Shown: positions 1 to 9,863, counted from the first letter of the stretch. The stretch is DNA of 38,876 bases from Promethearchaeota archaeon (GCA_048938025.1 JBHLMP010000035.1:1-38876), one strand, 5' to 3'. Notes: generated from the sequence alone by a model not told the origin. A program made the numbers and translations.

Positions 1-2
1 TT

Positions 3-1073
3 GGAGAACAAGGATATATCACTCGTCAACATTCATTTGATATGGTTGATGTAGTTTATGAAAACTGGGGTTTGGCAGTAGACCTAATGAGGACTCTAGC
101 TATTGACATGTTTGATCCTCAATTTGGAATGGGTGCAGGTGCAACGGTTTTAGCTGTTAATCCGGTGTATGAACACCATGACGGTGTTCCAGAGCGATTG
201 GAAGCATTAAAGGATTTAGTTACTGGAAAATCCCCTGGAGCAATACTGATTACAGAACCAGAAAGAGGTTCAGATGCAGTTCATATGTTAACAACTTGTG
301 ATGAACAACAAGATGGTAGCTTTATCCTTAATGGAACTAAAATATTTAATACCAATGCGCCTAAATCTAAATGGGTGGTTGCATATGCTACTGCCGAAAA
401 AAACAACGGAAATATGATGGCCCAATTTCTCGTTAATACTGAATGGGATGGTTGGTTCTGTGAACGTGTAAACATTCCATGGGTTCCAAAATTATACCTG
501 GGTAAAGAACAATTTAAAAATCTTAGAGTTCCAAAAGAATACATCTTGGGTGGCGTTGGAAAGGGTCGGGAACATCTTTTCGAAGGCTTAGTCCCTGAAA
601 GAATTGCTATTGCTATGATGAGTATAGCAGAGTGTTGGGGAGCATTAGCTTACGCTGTTATTTATGCTAATAATAGAAAGCAATTTGATCAGGAGATTCT
701 AAAATTCCAAGGAGTAGGATTCCTACTAGCTGATCTGTGGGCAAAAACAACCAATCTAACTATTGGACTTCTAAAGTTCTGTGAAGCTTATGATGAGAAA
801 GTGGAGAAATTTAGTGGAAAACTTCCTAAAAACATATCTCAAGCTATGGTTGCGAGTGCTTCTCAATTTAAATACCAAGCAACTGCTCTTTCAAAAGAAG
901 TTTGTTATGAATGTGCAAACAACATGGGAGGAGCAGGCCTTTGTGATAATACTTTAATGTATGAATATTTGAATATTTCCAGAATTCAAGAGATTGTGGG
1001 AGGTTCAAGACAGATTCAACAATATATTATGTCTTTAAGTCTACGAACACTATACAAGATGTCCGTATCATAA
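3..1073 (+). CDS. Acyl-CoA dehydrogenase (5' end outside window)
   Basis: ITEPERGSD, LNGTKIFNTN, RKQFDQEILKFQ and GGAG motifs. The frame is open from position 3 (GEQGYITRQHSFDM) and matches the internal part of paralog 2173..3462, so the true start is upstream of the window. Confidence 0.93.
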   Translation, partial: GEQGYITRQHSFDMVDVVYENWGLAVDLMRTLAIDMFDPQFGMGAGATVLAVNPVYEHHDGVPERLEALKDLVTGKSPGAILITEPERGSDAVHMLTTCDEQQDGSFILNGTKIFNTNAPKSKWVVAYATAEKNNGNMMAQFLVNTEWDGWFCERVNIPWVPKLYLGKEQFKNLRVPKEYILGGVGKGREHLFEGLVPERIAIAMMSIAECWGALAYAVIYANNRKQFDQEILKFQGVGFLLADLWAKTTNLTIGLLKFCEAYDEKVEKFSGKLPKNISQAMVASASQFKYQATALSKEVCYECANNMGGAGLCDNTLMYEYLNISRIQEIVGGSRQIQQYIMSLSLRTLYKMSVS

Positions 1074-1114
1074 ATTGATGTTTTATGTTATCAAAATAAC
1101 TCTTTTTATTTTTT

Positions 1115-1288
1115 TTAAATATTGGGATTTTTTTCTAAAAATAAGTTAACAGTCATATATTTTGAAAGAATCCCTTTTTTGAAGTTTTCTTTTTCTTTTG
1201 CCAAACAATCCTGACATATAGCAATATTAAACTTATTTTTATACTCCTTTTCACATTCTAAACAAACATAATTTGTATCGCATTTCAT
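1115..1288 (-). CDS. Small putative zinc-finger protein, 57 aa (not in ORF track)
   Basis: Hand translation MKCDTNYVCLECEKEYKNKFNIAICQDCLAKEKENFKKGILSKYMTVNLFLEKNPNI*; CxxC-x12-CxxC. Confidence 0.65.
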   Translation of the reverse strand: MKCDTNYVCLECEKEYKNKFNIAICQDCLAKEKENFKKGILSKYMTVNLFLEKNPNI

Positions 1289-1470
1289 TATTTAAACACA
1301 GTCTATTGGAATTGAATCATGAGAATTCAATTAAGATAGAATATAAACCGTTAGACTGAATAAAATTCTAAAACTCTAAAATGAATTAATAATTTGAATG
1401 TCTCTATTTTTTAAATAGTTAAATAGATCCTTTTTTCTATTTAAATACCTCCAAAATATATGGTATTATT

Positions 1471-1638
1471 ATGATTAATGATATAATCTCTAAATCAAAA
1501 TTGCTTTTGTTGAACTGCCCATTCTATGAAAAATGTATTCTACCAAAAATTCAGCTTTTATGTAAAATTCCAGAATGTAAAAATTGTCCAGATTATCAGA
1601 CAAAACTACAAAAAATTAAACCCAGAGTAATCTATTGA
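1471..1638 (+). CDS. Small Cys-rich protein, 55 aa (not in ORF track)
   Basis: Hand translation MINDIISKSKLLLLNCPFYEKCILPKIQLLCKIPECKNCPDYQTKLQKIKPRVIY*; five Cys. Start could be a downstream TTG. Confidence 0.55.
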   Translation: MINDIISKSKLLLLNCPFYEKCILPKIQLLCKIPECKNCPDYQTKLQKIKPRVIY

Positions 1639-1652
1639 TTTTATTATTTAAT

Positions 1653-1871
1653 TCAAAAATATAATCTACACCTAATACTAAAAAGATCATTTTCATGAAT
1701 AGAATAAACATTATTACCTTTTTCTCTCCTAAAATGGAATTCTTGTGAAGGGATTTCTTCTACTACTCTAAAAAATATTCTACTTTCTTTAATCCAAATT
1801 TTATCTACCATAAAATGTAAACCATCTTGAGCACTACGACTATAAACTTGAAAGCACGATACTTTTTCCAT
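1653..1871 (-). CDS. Hypothetical small protein
   Basis: 72-aa ORF with ATG start and protein-like composition; no recognised motif. Confidence 0.6.
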   Translation of the reverse strand: MEKVSCFQVYSRSAQDGLHFMVDKIWIKESRIFFRVVEEIPSQEFHFRREKGNNVYSIHENDLFSIRCRLYF

Positions 1872-2172
1872 TTTTATGTTCTAATTCTCTATCTTAATAA
1901 AACAATTTAAACTTAGTTAATTTATATTGGCAGCAATTTGAACGTACATTCTAAGTTTTTGGTAATAGCAACCCGAGAGAATAAAAATGGAATATATTTT
2001 CCTCGTACCCATAGTGTCATTAAATCGTTATAATGTTTATGAAATGGTTATCCAGACTGCCCTCATGGGATAACAAAGATAGATTTATTCCAATCAGATA
2101 AATCATGAATCTGACGGACGGAAGGCCCAACAATAACTTGATAGATTATAATAATAAAAAAAATAGAAAATT

Positions 2173-3462
2173 TTAAAGCATCTTGAAAAGTTGCCGTAGA
2201 GCCATGCTCATGATATATTGCTGTATTTGTCGAGAACCCCCTACAATTTCCTGGATTCTCGAAATATTCATATAATCATGCATTAAGGTATTATCACATA
2301 AACCTGCTCCACCCATGAGGTTTGCTGCCTCATAGCAGATTTCCTTGGAGAGATTTGTACAATGATACTTGAACTGAGAAGCGCTTGCTACCATAGCTCT
2401 TGAAATGTTTCGGGGGATTTCTCCACCAAACTTTTCCATCTTATCATCATAAGTTTCTGCGAATTTTAGAAGTCCAATGGTTAGATTGGTTGTCCTGGCC
2501 CAAAGATCTGCTAAGAGAAATCCTACGCCTTGGAATTTTAGGATTTCTTGGTCAAATTGCTTTCTCATATTAGCATAAATAGCTGCATGTGAAATAGCAC
2601 CCCAACATTGGGAAATTGCGCCACATGCAATACCAATTCTTTCAGGAACTAAACCTTCGAAAAGATGCTCGCGACCTTTTCCAACTCCCCCAAGAACATA
2701 TTCTTTCGGAACACGTAGATTTACAAACTTCTCATGACCTAAATAGAGTTTTGGGACATAGGGGATCCCAACACGCTCACACTGCCAACCATCCCAATCA
2801 GTATTAATTAAAAATTGAGCCATCATATTTCCGTTGTTTTTTTCGGCAGTAGCATATGCTACAGCCCATTTTGCTTTTGGTGCATTGGTATTGTAAATTT
2901 TTTCTCCATTCAAAATGAAACTACCATCATCTTGTTCCTCGCATACACTTAATTGGTGTACAGCATCAGATCCTCTTTCAGGTTCTGTAATTAAAATACA
3001 TCCTGATGCTTTACCAGTAACTAAATCCTTTATAGCTTCTAACCTCTCAGGAACACCTTCATGGTGTTCATATATCGGATTAATAGCTAATACAGTTGCT
3101 CCACTACCCATAGCGAATTGAGTATCAAACATATCAATCGCGAGGTATCTCAGAAAATCAGCTACTGCCCCATAATTATCATAATTTATATCGATCATAT
3201 CAAAGTTATGAGCTCTAGTTATATACCCTTGTTCTCCAAAAGCGGGGATCCAATCATATACATCTTCATCGGGTCCATGGATGATATTGTTTTTCTTTTC
3301 AAAACGCATGCAGAATTTTTGAACACTCTTTAGAAAATTGAACTGTTCTGGAGATAATATAGGCATTAGGTTATTATTCAAGAAGCTGTATCGATTTTTA
3401 AGGTTTAACATAGCTAAAATTTCATCATTAATAGCTTGGTTCATAAATTTTGAGTTTTCCAT
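2173..3462 (-). CDS. Acyl-CoA dehydrogenase
   Basis: ITEPERGSD, LNGEKIYNTN, RKQFDQ and MGGAG motifs; close paralog of 3..1073. Confidence 0.95.
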   Translation of the reverse strand: MENSKFMNQAINDEILAMLNLKNRYSFLNNNLMPILSPEQFNFLKSVQKFCMRFEKKNNIIHGPDEDVYDWIPAFGEQGYITRAHNFDMIDINYDNYGAVADFLRYLAIDMFDTQFAMGSGATVLAINPIYEHHEGVPERLEAIKDLVTGKASGCILITEPERGSDAVHQLSVCEEQDDGSFILNGEKIYNTNAPKAKWAVAYATAEKNNGNMMAQFLINTDWDGWQCERVGIPYVPKLYLGHEKFVNLRVPKEYVLGGVGKGREHLFEGLVPERIGIACGAISQCWGAISHAAIYANMRKQFDQEILKFQGVGFLLADLWARTTNLTIGLLKFAETYDDKMEKFGGEIPRNISRAMVASASQFKYHCTNLSKEICYEAANLMGGAGLCDNTLMHDYMNISRIQEIVGGSRQIQQYIMSMALRQLFKML

Positions 3463-3690
3463 TATGTTTTATTACCCCTAACACTAAATTTTATAAATTT
3501 AAAGATCAATTAAATCTAATTAAGTAAATATGATCTAACTTTTTAATTTTTGTTAAAACCTCATTTCCAGTTTTGATAAGTTTAATTTAACTTTATAAAA
3601 CAGTTTTAAGAAATCGGTATTTTTTAGTCTTATTCATAACATATTGATTTTTGATCTTTATCTTCAATTGAACAATTTTATTCAAAGTCT

Positions 3691-4443
3691 TTAAGAAATT
3701 AACTTTTGCAAACGATTAGAAAATTTCTTTGATATTATAAGACCTGTCTCAAATGGACAATTAGGTTTAAACTGAACAACAGAAATGAAATGTTCATCTA
3801 TTCCTACTAATGAAAGAATGCCAAAATCCTCTAAAGATATAAGTTCACTTACTTTAAAATTACCTACTAGAAATCTGCCCTCTAAAAGCCTAATGATTTC
3901 AGAAAGAATATTAGGATCTAAATAAGAGATAATTACCCTACCAGTTTGGGTTAGTAAAGCCGAGGAAACGACAAATGAAGAGAATGTATGTAACTCATTA
4001 AAAACTTTGATTAAATCATTTTGAATTTCTTTTGGAACTAATTGTTTGCTATTTTCCATAATGTTAACGATATTTTCATCAAAATTAAAGAATTTAGAAA
4101 TTTCACCATCAAAATTGTCAGTAAGTAAATTTAAATCAAATTTGTTTAAAAATTGAGTTTTTATTTCTCTTAACTGATTTCTAAGTTCAACCAAATTATC
4201 TGTTCGATCACTGAATAAAGCAAACATTAATTCATCATTCTTTAGTTTTTCAATTTCGAATATAAACCTAAAAGGACCAACTTCAATTTCAGATAATTCT
4301 CCAGTTTTTAATGTTTGCTTTACAAATGAGAAAATTGCACTCAAGAAACTACTTGTTAATTTAATGTTAAAAATATCTTCATAAGTTTTATAGAAAATTA
4401 ATTCACCAGTATTACCTTTCATTATGAAGATATTCTTAATCAT
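3691..4443 (-). CDS. Longin-like N-terminal plus roadblock/LC7-like C-terminal domain protein
   Basis: N-term IKNIFIM..GELIFYK..LTSSFLSAIFSF..ELSEIEVG fits the longin pattern; C-term SSALLTQTGRVIIS fits the roadblock pattern. Confidence 0.65.
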   Translation of the reverse strand: MIKNIFIMKGNTGELIFYKTYEDIFNIKLTSSFLSAIFSFVKQTLKTGELSEIEVGPFRFIFEIEKLKNDELMFALFSDRTDNLVELRNQLREIKTQFLNKFDLNLLTDNFDGEISKFFNFDENIVNIMENSKQLVPKEIQNDLIKVFNELHTFSSFVVSSALLTQTGRVIISYLDPNILSEIIRLLEGRFLVGNFKVSELISLEDFGILSLVGIDEHFISVVQFKPNCPFETGLIISKKFSNRLQKLIS

Positions 4444-4660
4444 TTAGGTCAAAACTGATTTAATAAGTTAAATTATTCAATACCTTATTATTTAAAATAA
4501 TATTTAATCTATAAAAATTCTTGTATGATTTAATTACTTAATGTGAACACACATAAAATAAGAATAAATAAATTTTCTATTAACTTAACGAAATAATTTT
4601 CTTCAATAACGAAAAAATAAGAAATATGAAGATGTTTTTTAAATACTTTAATTCTATTAT

Positions 4661-5419
4661 CTAAAAACCTTCAAATTTTGCCCATTCATCATCTTCATCT
4701 ACTTCTTCCTCTTCTTCAGAGTATTCATCAACCTCTACACCTTTAATACTTTCTGGATATTCTTCTTCATATTCTTCAAAATCATCCTCGAAAGTTATCG
4801 CTTTCTCTATATCTGTGATTGATTGCTCTGCAACTTTCACTTCGGGTATTGGTTCTTCTAACGGTTTCTTCTTTTCAACTAATTTTAAATAATCTCCATG
4901 AATTTTAATTGTAATAGGAGTTTCCTCCTGTAATAATCTAACTACGACTTCTTCACTGCTTGATGTATCATGTGGCATCCGCATAACAAAAGCTCTTGCT
5001 CCTTCAAACACTCCACTTATAATTTCAACTGTATCTCCTTCCTCTAAATATTCAGTCACACTTCTTGGTAATAAGACATGCTTAAGTTCACTAAGTTTGA
5101 TATTCTGTACAATCCTTCCTTTTATATGGGGAATTCCTTGAACAGCAATCTGTACGTCACGCTTCTGGGGCGCTTCAAAAAATACGTAGCCAGGTAGTAG
5201 AGGAGATATAAGTATAGCTCTGATATCCGGGATTACATCTAAAATTTTAAATCTATAAAATATTTGTTTCAAAATGTTACTCTCTTGATTTATTGTCGTT
5301 CTAACAGCAAATAGTGTTGTCAAATCTTCTTTTTCTTCAATATCCTCTGTGCTAAAAATATCTTCTTGAACAATTTCTTTAATTTCTTCTTCTTTTGAAT
5401 TTTCTTCTTGGTCTGTCAT
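4661..5419 (-). CDS. spt5: Transcription elongation factor Spt5 (NGN + KOW) with acidic extensions
   Basis: FAVRTT..QE, LPGYVFFEA and GDTVEIISGVFEG (KOW) motifs. Confidence 0.93.
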   Translation of the reverse strand: MTDQEENSKEEEIKEIVQEDIFSTEDIEEKEDLTTLFAVRTTINQESNILKQIFYRFKILDVIPDIRAILISPLLPGYVFFEAPQKRDVQIAVQGIPHIKGRIVQNIKLSELKHVLLPRSVTEYLEEGDTVEIISGVFEGARAFVMRMPHDTSSSEEVVVRLLQEETPITIKIHGDYLKLVEKKKPLEEPIPEVKVAEQSITDIEKAITFEDDFEEYEEEYPESIKGVEVDEYSEEEEEVDEDDEWAKFEGF

Positions 5420-5574
5420 TTTTTTTCACGAATCTTATTTGAATTTAGGATTTTTTAATTATTTAGGAAAAAAAGTCTAAGATAGTAACGAATTACTAAA
5501 TTTTAAAATTTTGCTTTTTAAAGAGAATTAGGAGTAATCATTCCACTACTTAATACTAAATAATACATTAATCA

Positions 5575-5955
5575 TTAAAGAGGAATATTATTTATACTTA
5601 AACTTTCTGGAATTCTATTATTGCGTTCAAGCCAAGCAATCTCATGCCTCAAATATCTCCATGTAATTTCACATTTACCCAACCCATCCTTAGTTTCTGT
5701 TTCCCATTCCCACGGATTTACAATAACAAGATCACCACGTCTAATCCATACCCTCTTTTTTATTTTTCCTCTTATCCTACCAATGCGATGTTTCCCATCT
5801 TCACAAAAAACCTGCATTCGGTCGTTTCCATAGATTTCAACAACTCTCCCGAACATTTCTCCCATTCTCTTACTTGGGAATTTAACTCTGGTGACTACCG
5901 GCTCTTCAGTAGACCCTCTACGTCCTTTTTGCGGTTGTTTTTTCTTTTTTCCCAT
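5575..5955 (-). CDS. eif1a: Translation initiation factor aIF-1A
   Basis: GNDRMQVFCEDGKHRIGRIRGKIKKRVWIRRGDLVIVNPW...WRY signature. Confidence 0.96.
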   Translation of the reverse strand: MGKKKKQPQKGRRGSTEEPVVTRVKFPSKRMGEMFGRVVEIYGNDRMQVFCEDGKHRIGRIRGKIKKRVWIRRGDLVIVNPWEWETETKDGLGKCEITWRYLRHEIAWLERNNRIPESLSINNIPL

Positions 5956-5999
5956 ATAAATTACCTAATTATCTTTAATTAGTGAACTTTTACTGAAAC

Positions 6000-6335
6000 T
6001 TAAATTTTATCATCCGGTTTATAATCTCCCTTGATAAACACAATTTTGATTTGTTTGTCTGAGTCATTTCTTATATTATGCATTTCTTTTGGTTCACATA
6101 AAAATACACTTCCCTGAGGGGCTGGATATTCCTTATCATCTACAATCATTATGCCATTCCCTTCCATGAAGTAAAACGTTTCATCTATTATATTATGACC
6201 ATGAGCCATATCACCCATCATTTCGCCGGGGTTGAGTAGAATTACACCCCAGTCAATCGAAGGACCCCTCATAAGATACTTTACACCAGACTCTCCTCCT
6301 CTGTATTTAAAATCACTTTCATGAACTTTTTTAAT
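6000..6335 (-). CDS. Cupin_2 domain protein, probable ATT start
   Basis: HGHNIIDETFYFMEG and PKEMH cupin motifs. The frame extends upstream of the 6272 ATG as IKKVHESDFKYRGGESGVKYL to an in-frame TGA; GGTGA lies 6 nt before the ATT at 6335. Confidence 0.8.
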   Translation of the reverse strand: MKKVHESDFKYRGGESGVKYLMRGPSIDWGVILLNPGEMMGDMAHGHNIIDETFYFMEGNGIMIVDDKEYPAPQGSVFLCEPKEMHNIRNDSDKQIKIVFIKGDYKPDDKI

Positions 6336-6504
6336 TGCAAATCACCTAAGATTTTAATATATTATAAAACGAATTATTTAAATTAAATTATAAATCTTAT
6401 TATAAAAAAATTAATGGTTTGAAATCTAAATTAATCATAATGCATTTTCATTTATGTGAAGTTAGTATAAATATTATAGATTTTATGAATTTATCGAAAG
6501 GGTA

Positions 6505-7704
6505 GTGATAAACGTTATGATACCATCATTTAATTTTGCGAGAATTCCACATATAATTTTTGGTGCTGGAAGATTAAAAGAACTCTACAACATTATTCCG
6601 AAATTTGGAAATAATATACTTTTTGTATTGGGGGGAAGTTCCCTTAAACAATATGGCAAATGGGATGAGATTATTTCCATATTGGAATATAAATCGATAC
6701 GATTTTCTTCTATCTCAATTTCTAGTGAACCATCTCCAACTCTTATAGATGAATATGTTGAAGAATTTAGAAGTAAAAACATCGATCTAGTTGTTGGAAT
6801 AGGTGGAGGAAGTGTAACTGATGCGGGGAAAGCGATTTCTGCTATGATTCCTAAAATAGATTCAATTAAGAATTATCTTGAAGGTATTGGTAATAAGACT
6901 CATGATGGTAAAAAAATTCCATATATAGCTATTCCAACAACATCTGGAACTGGAAGTGAAGCCACAAAAAATGCGGTAATTAGTGAAGTGGGGCCTAATG
7001 GGTTTAAAAAATCACTTCGTCATGATAATTTAATACCAAACGTAGCTATAATTGATCCTGAACTTATGATCTCTTGTCCAACGTCAATTACAGCAGCCTG
7101 CGGTATGGATGCTTTTACACAATTACTTGAAGCATATGTTTCACCAAAAGGAAATCCAATAACTGACGCACTAGCTTTTAGTGGAATGGAATATATAAGT
7201 AGAAATATCATACCTGCGTGTTCCAGTGGGGCTTCCAATATTGAAGTTCGTAGTTCTATGGCATACGGGTCCCTTATGTCTGGGATAACACTTGCGAATG
7301 CGGGATTAGGTATCATTCACGGATTAGCTTCACCTATAGGTGGTTTTTTCAATATTCCTCATGGCATAGTATGTGGTACTCTCCTCACTGAGGCAACTAA
7401 AATGAATATAAGAGTTTTGCAAGAACAAGATCTTGCTGGAAAGGAAGCATTAAAAAAATATGCCAAGATTGGAGCATTATTAATCAATGATCAACTTAAA
7501 GAAGAAGGAGACATCAATAAATATTGTTCTTTATTAATTGAAACGCTTGATAATTGGACTCACCAATTAAAAATTGATAGATTAGGCGAATTTGGAATTG
7601 CAAAAGAGGATGTTGATAAAATCGTAGAAAATTCGGGGTTAAAAAATAATCCCGTTAACCTAACTAAAGAGAATATCAAGACTATAGTATTAAATAGAAT
7701 ATAA
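6505..7704 (+). CDS. Iron-containing alcohol dehydrogenase
   Basis: GGGSVTDAGK, PTTSGTGSE, GMDAFTQLLEAY, LGIIHGLA and PHG motifs. Start may be the ATG at 6517. Confidence 0.94.
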   Translation: MINVMIPSFNFARIPHIIFGAGRLKELYNIIPKFGNNILFVLGGSSLKQYGKWDEIISILEYKSIRFSSISISSEPSPTLIDEYVEEFRSKNIDLVVGIGGGSVTDAGKAISAMIPKIDSIKNYLEGIGNKTHDGKKIPYIAIPTTSGTGSEATKNAVISEVGPNGFKKSLRHDNLIPNVAIIDPELMISCPTSITAACGMDAFTQLLEAYVSPKGNPITDALAFSGMEYISRNIIPACSSGASNIEVRSSMAYGSLMSGITLANAGLGIIHGLASPIGGFFNIPHGIVCGTLLTEATKMNIRVLQEQDLAGKEALKKYAKIGALLINDQLKEEGDINKYCSLLIETLDNWTHQLKIDRLGEFGIAKEDVDKIVENSGLKNNPVNLTKENIKTIVLNRI

Positions 7705-7723
7705 TTTAAGGAAGGATTATTTA

Positions 7724-8239
7724 TTAAAGACTTTTTATAATCTCTTTTGCCAGCAACTCGAAAGCCAAGTCAACATTTTGGCCTGTTTTAGATGATATTT
7801 TCAAAAATTCAAATAAATTATACATTTCTTTATAAATTAAGGCAAATTCATCTTTAATTGTAATCAAATTAAATAAATCCAATTTAGTCCCTAAAAAGAT
7901 TATAGGCAGTTCTGGATTTTCATCTCTACAAATCTTTACCCATTGCTCTAAATTTTCTAAAGTAACTGTTCGGGTGAGATCAAACATTAAAAGTGCTCCT
8001 TTTGCGCCTCTAGCATAATTTTTAAGCAGAAATCGAAAACGTTCTTGCCCCCCGAAATCCCAGATTTGCAACATCACCTTTTCGCCATCCAATTCTAATT
8101 CTTTGAGAAAAAATTCAACACCAATGGTCATATGTAGCCCTTCTATAAATTTACCCTTAATGTATCTGTGAAGCATCGTAGTTTTCCCAACTCCGCCTTC
8201 CCCAGCTATAATTACCTTCAGGACTCTCGATTTGGTCAT
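7724..8239 (-). CDS. Rab-like small GTPase (Ras superfamily)
   Basis: GEGGVGKTT, TIGVEF, WDFGGQERF, TKLD and SSK motifs. Start taken as the ATG at 8239 by alignment to the paralog. Confidence 0.93.
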   Translation of the reverse strand: MTKSRVLKVIIAGEGGVGKTTMLHRYIKGKFIEGLHMTIGVEFFLKELELDGEKVMLQIWDFGGQERFRFLLKNYARGAKGALLMFDLTRTVTLENLEQWVKICRDENPELPIIFLGTKLDLFNLITIKDEFALIYKEMYNLFEFLKISSKTGQNVDLAFELLAKEIIKSL

Positions 8240-8288
8240 TTTCTTAGTACTTTTAATGAGTGAAAAATAATAAAGTAATAAATTTTTT

Positions 8289-8732
8289 TTAAGTCCTTTC
8301 AAAGGATAAATATTTTTTTTGTCTTAAAAATATAGTATTTAATCCAAATTCTTTCGCTTTTTTTCGTAATATGGAATCGTTTGTCGCTAAAAAGATAACA
8401 TAGCCTTCATTTTTTAACTCTATTCCTCTCCTCAGCAAGAAATTGTCTGTAGTTTCATTATCCTTTTTGATTTCATCTAAAAAGGTAATCTCATATTTAT
8501 TTCTATTCTTTTCCAGATAGGAAATTCCTGATTTAAAATCTCTTTGAAATTTTGTTGCATTTGGTTCTCTAACTTGTTTTGCTCCAAGTTCATCTAGAAT
8601 TTGTTTAAATATTATAAATTCTACCCCTCCTTCTAAATTTAATTTAACCTCATTAAGATAGTCCACTTTAAATTGGAATGGAAGAAGAATGAAATTGGAA
8701 TCTAAAATAATTAAATTATGTTTAGATCTCAA
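8289..8732 (-). CDS. PIN-domain ribonuclease (Fcf1/Utp24-like)
   Basis: IILDSNFILLP, ILDEL, TDNFLL, LATNDSILRKKAK and FLRQK motifs. Confidence 0.85.
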   Translation of the reverse strand: MRSKHNLIILDSNFILLPFQFKVDYLNEVKLNLEGGVEFIIFKQILDELGAKQVREPNATKFQRDFKSGISYLEKNRNKYEITFLDEIKKDNETTDNFLLRRGIELKNEGYVIFLATNDSILRKKAKEFGLNTIFLRQKKYLSFERT

Positions 8733-9250
8733 TAGACTTGCCGCTCTAAGATTTTTCTTGTTAATATTCCGAAAGCATTCTCAACATTTTCACCTGTTTT
8801 AGATGATATCTTAAGATAATCAATCAAATTAAATACTTCTAAAAATTCCTTTGCATACTTATCATCTACTTGGATATCATTTTCTAAATCCAACTTAGTT
8901 CCTAAAAAAAGAATAGGTAAATTTGGGTCACCTTTTCGAACAATATTAACCCATTGTTCAAGATTCTCTAAAGTAATTGGTCTTGTTAGGTCAAACATGA
9001 GGAGTGCTCCTTTTGCACCTAGTACATAGCTTTCAAGAAGAAACCTAAAACGTTCTTGACCTCCAAAATCCCAAAGCTGTAATGTGCATTGCTTGGTATC
9101 GATCATAGTCTCTTTGAGGAAAAATTCAACACCTATCGTCATTTTAGTCTCTGCTGAGAATCTCCCTTCCACATATCTATGAAGTAATGTAGTTTTTCCA
9201 ACTCCTCCTTCTCCAGCTGTGAGGATCTTTAGAATGAACTTTTTTGCCAC
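8729..9250 (-). CDS. Rab-like small GTPase (Ras superfamily)
   Basis: GEGGVGKTT, MTIGVEF, WDFGGQERFRFL, GTKLD and SSKTG motifs; no C-terminal Cys prenylation motif. Confidence 0.95.
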   Translation of the reverse strand: MAKKFILKILTAGEGGVGKTTLLHRYVEGRFSAETKMTIGVEFFLKETMIDTKQCTLQLWDFGGQERFRFLLESYVLGAKGALLMFDLTRPITLENLEQWVNIVRKGDPNLPILFLGTKLDLENDIQVDDKYAKEFLEVFNLIDYLKISSKTGENVENAFGILTRKILERQVY

Positions 9251-9569
9251 GATATTATCACATAATTGGTTGATCTAATTTAAATAACCTTGGTTGATTT
9301 ATAAAATGTCAGGACTGACCCATTAGAAATTTTTATTTCTATAATTTTTTAATAAATTTATATTATTCTTAATTTTGAGATTGCTTTAAGATATTTTTAA
9401 GATAAATTTAATAAAGTAATAATTTTTTATTTTTGATTTTTTTGTTTTTTCAATTATACATCATTAATAAAACAATTTCAAAATAAACTTTTTTAATCTT
9501 CACATAATATTTTCTCTCAGTTCATTATTTGAAAAATAAAATTTAATTTTTAGATTTGGTGCGATAAAA

Positions 9570-9863
9570 ATGAAAATGAAAAAGAAATTACCATCTAAAG
9601 AGCAATTAGAAGAACTTAAAGTTAATTCTTGGGGGACTTGGAGTAAAGAAGTAAGCGAATTTGATTGGTCTTATGGTGATACTGAAACGTGCTATATCCT
9701 CGATGGAGAAGTAGAAGTGACCGACTCTGAGACTGGAGAAAAAATTGAATTTAAGAAAGGAGATCTAGTCCAGTTCGAAAAAGGATTAAAGTGTATATGG
9801 AATGTAAAAAAGCCTGTTAGGAAATATTATAACTTTAATTTAAACTTTGGAGATATTGAATAA
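9570..9863 (+). CDS. Cupin_3 (DUF861/EutQ-like) protein
   Basis: WGTWSKEVSEFDWSY..ETCYILDGEV..GDLVQF.KGLKCIW.V..PVRKYY. Confidence 0.88.
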   Translation: MKMKKKLPSKEQLEELKVNSWGTWSKEVSEFDWSYGDTETCYILDGEVEVTDSETGEKIEFKKGDLVQFEKGLKCIWNVKKPVRKYYNFNLNFGDIE

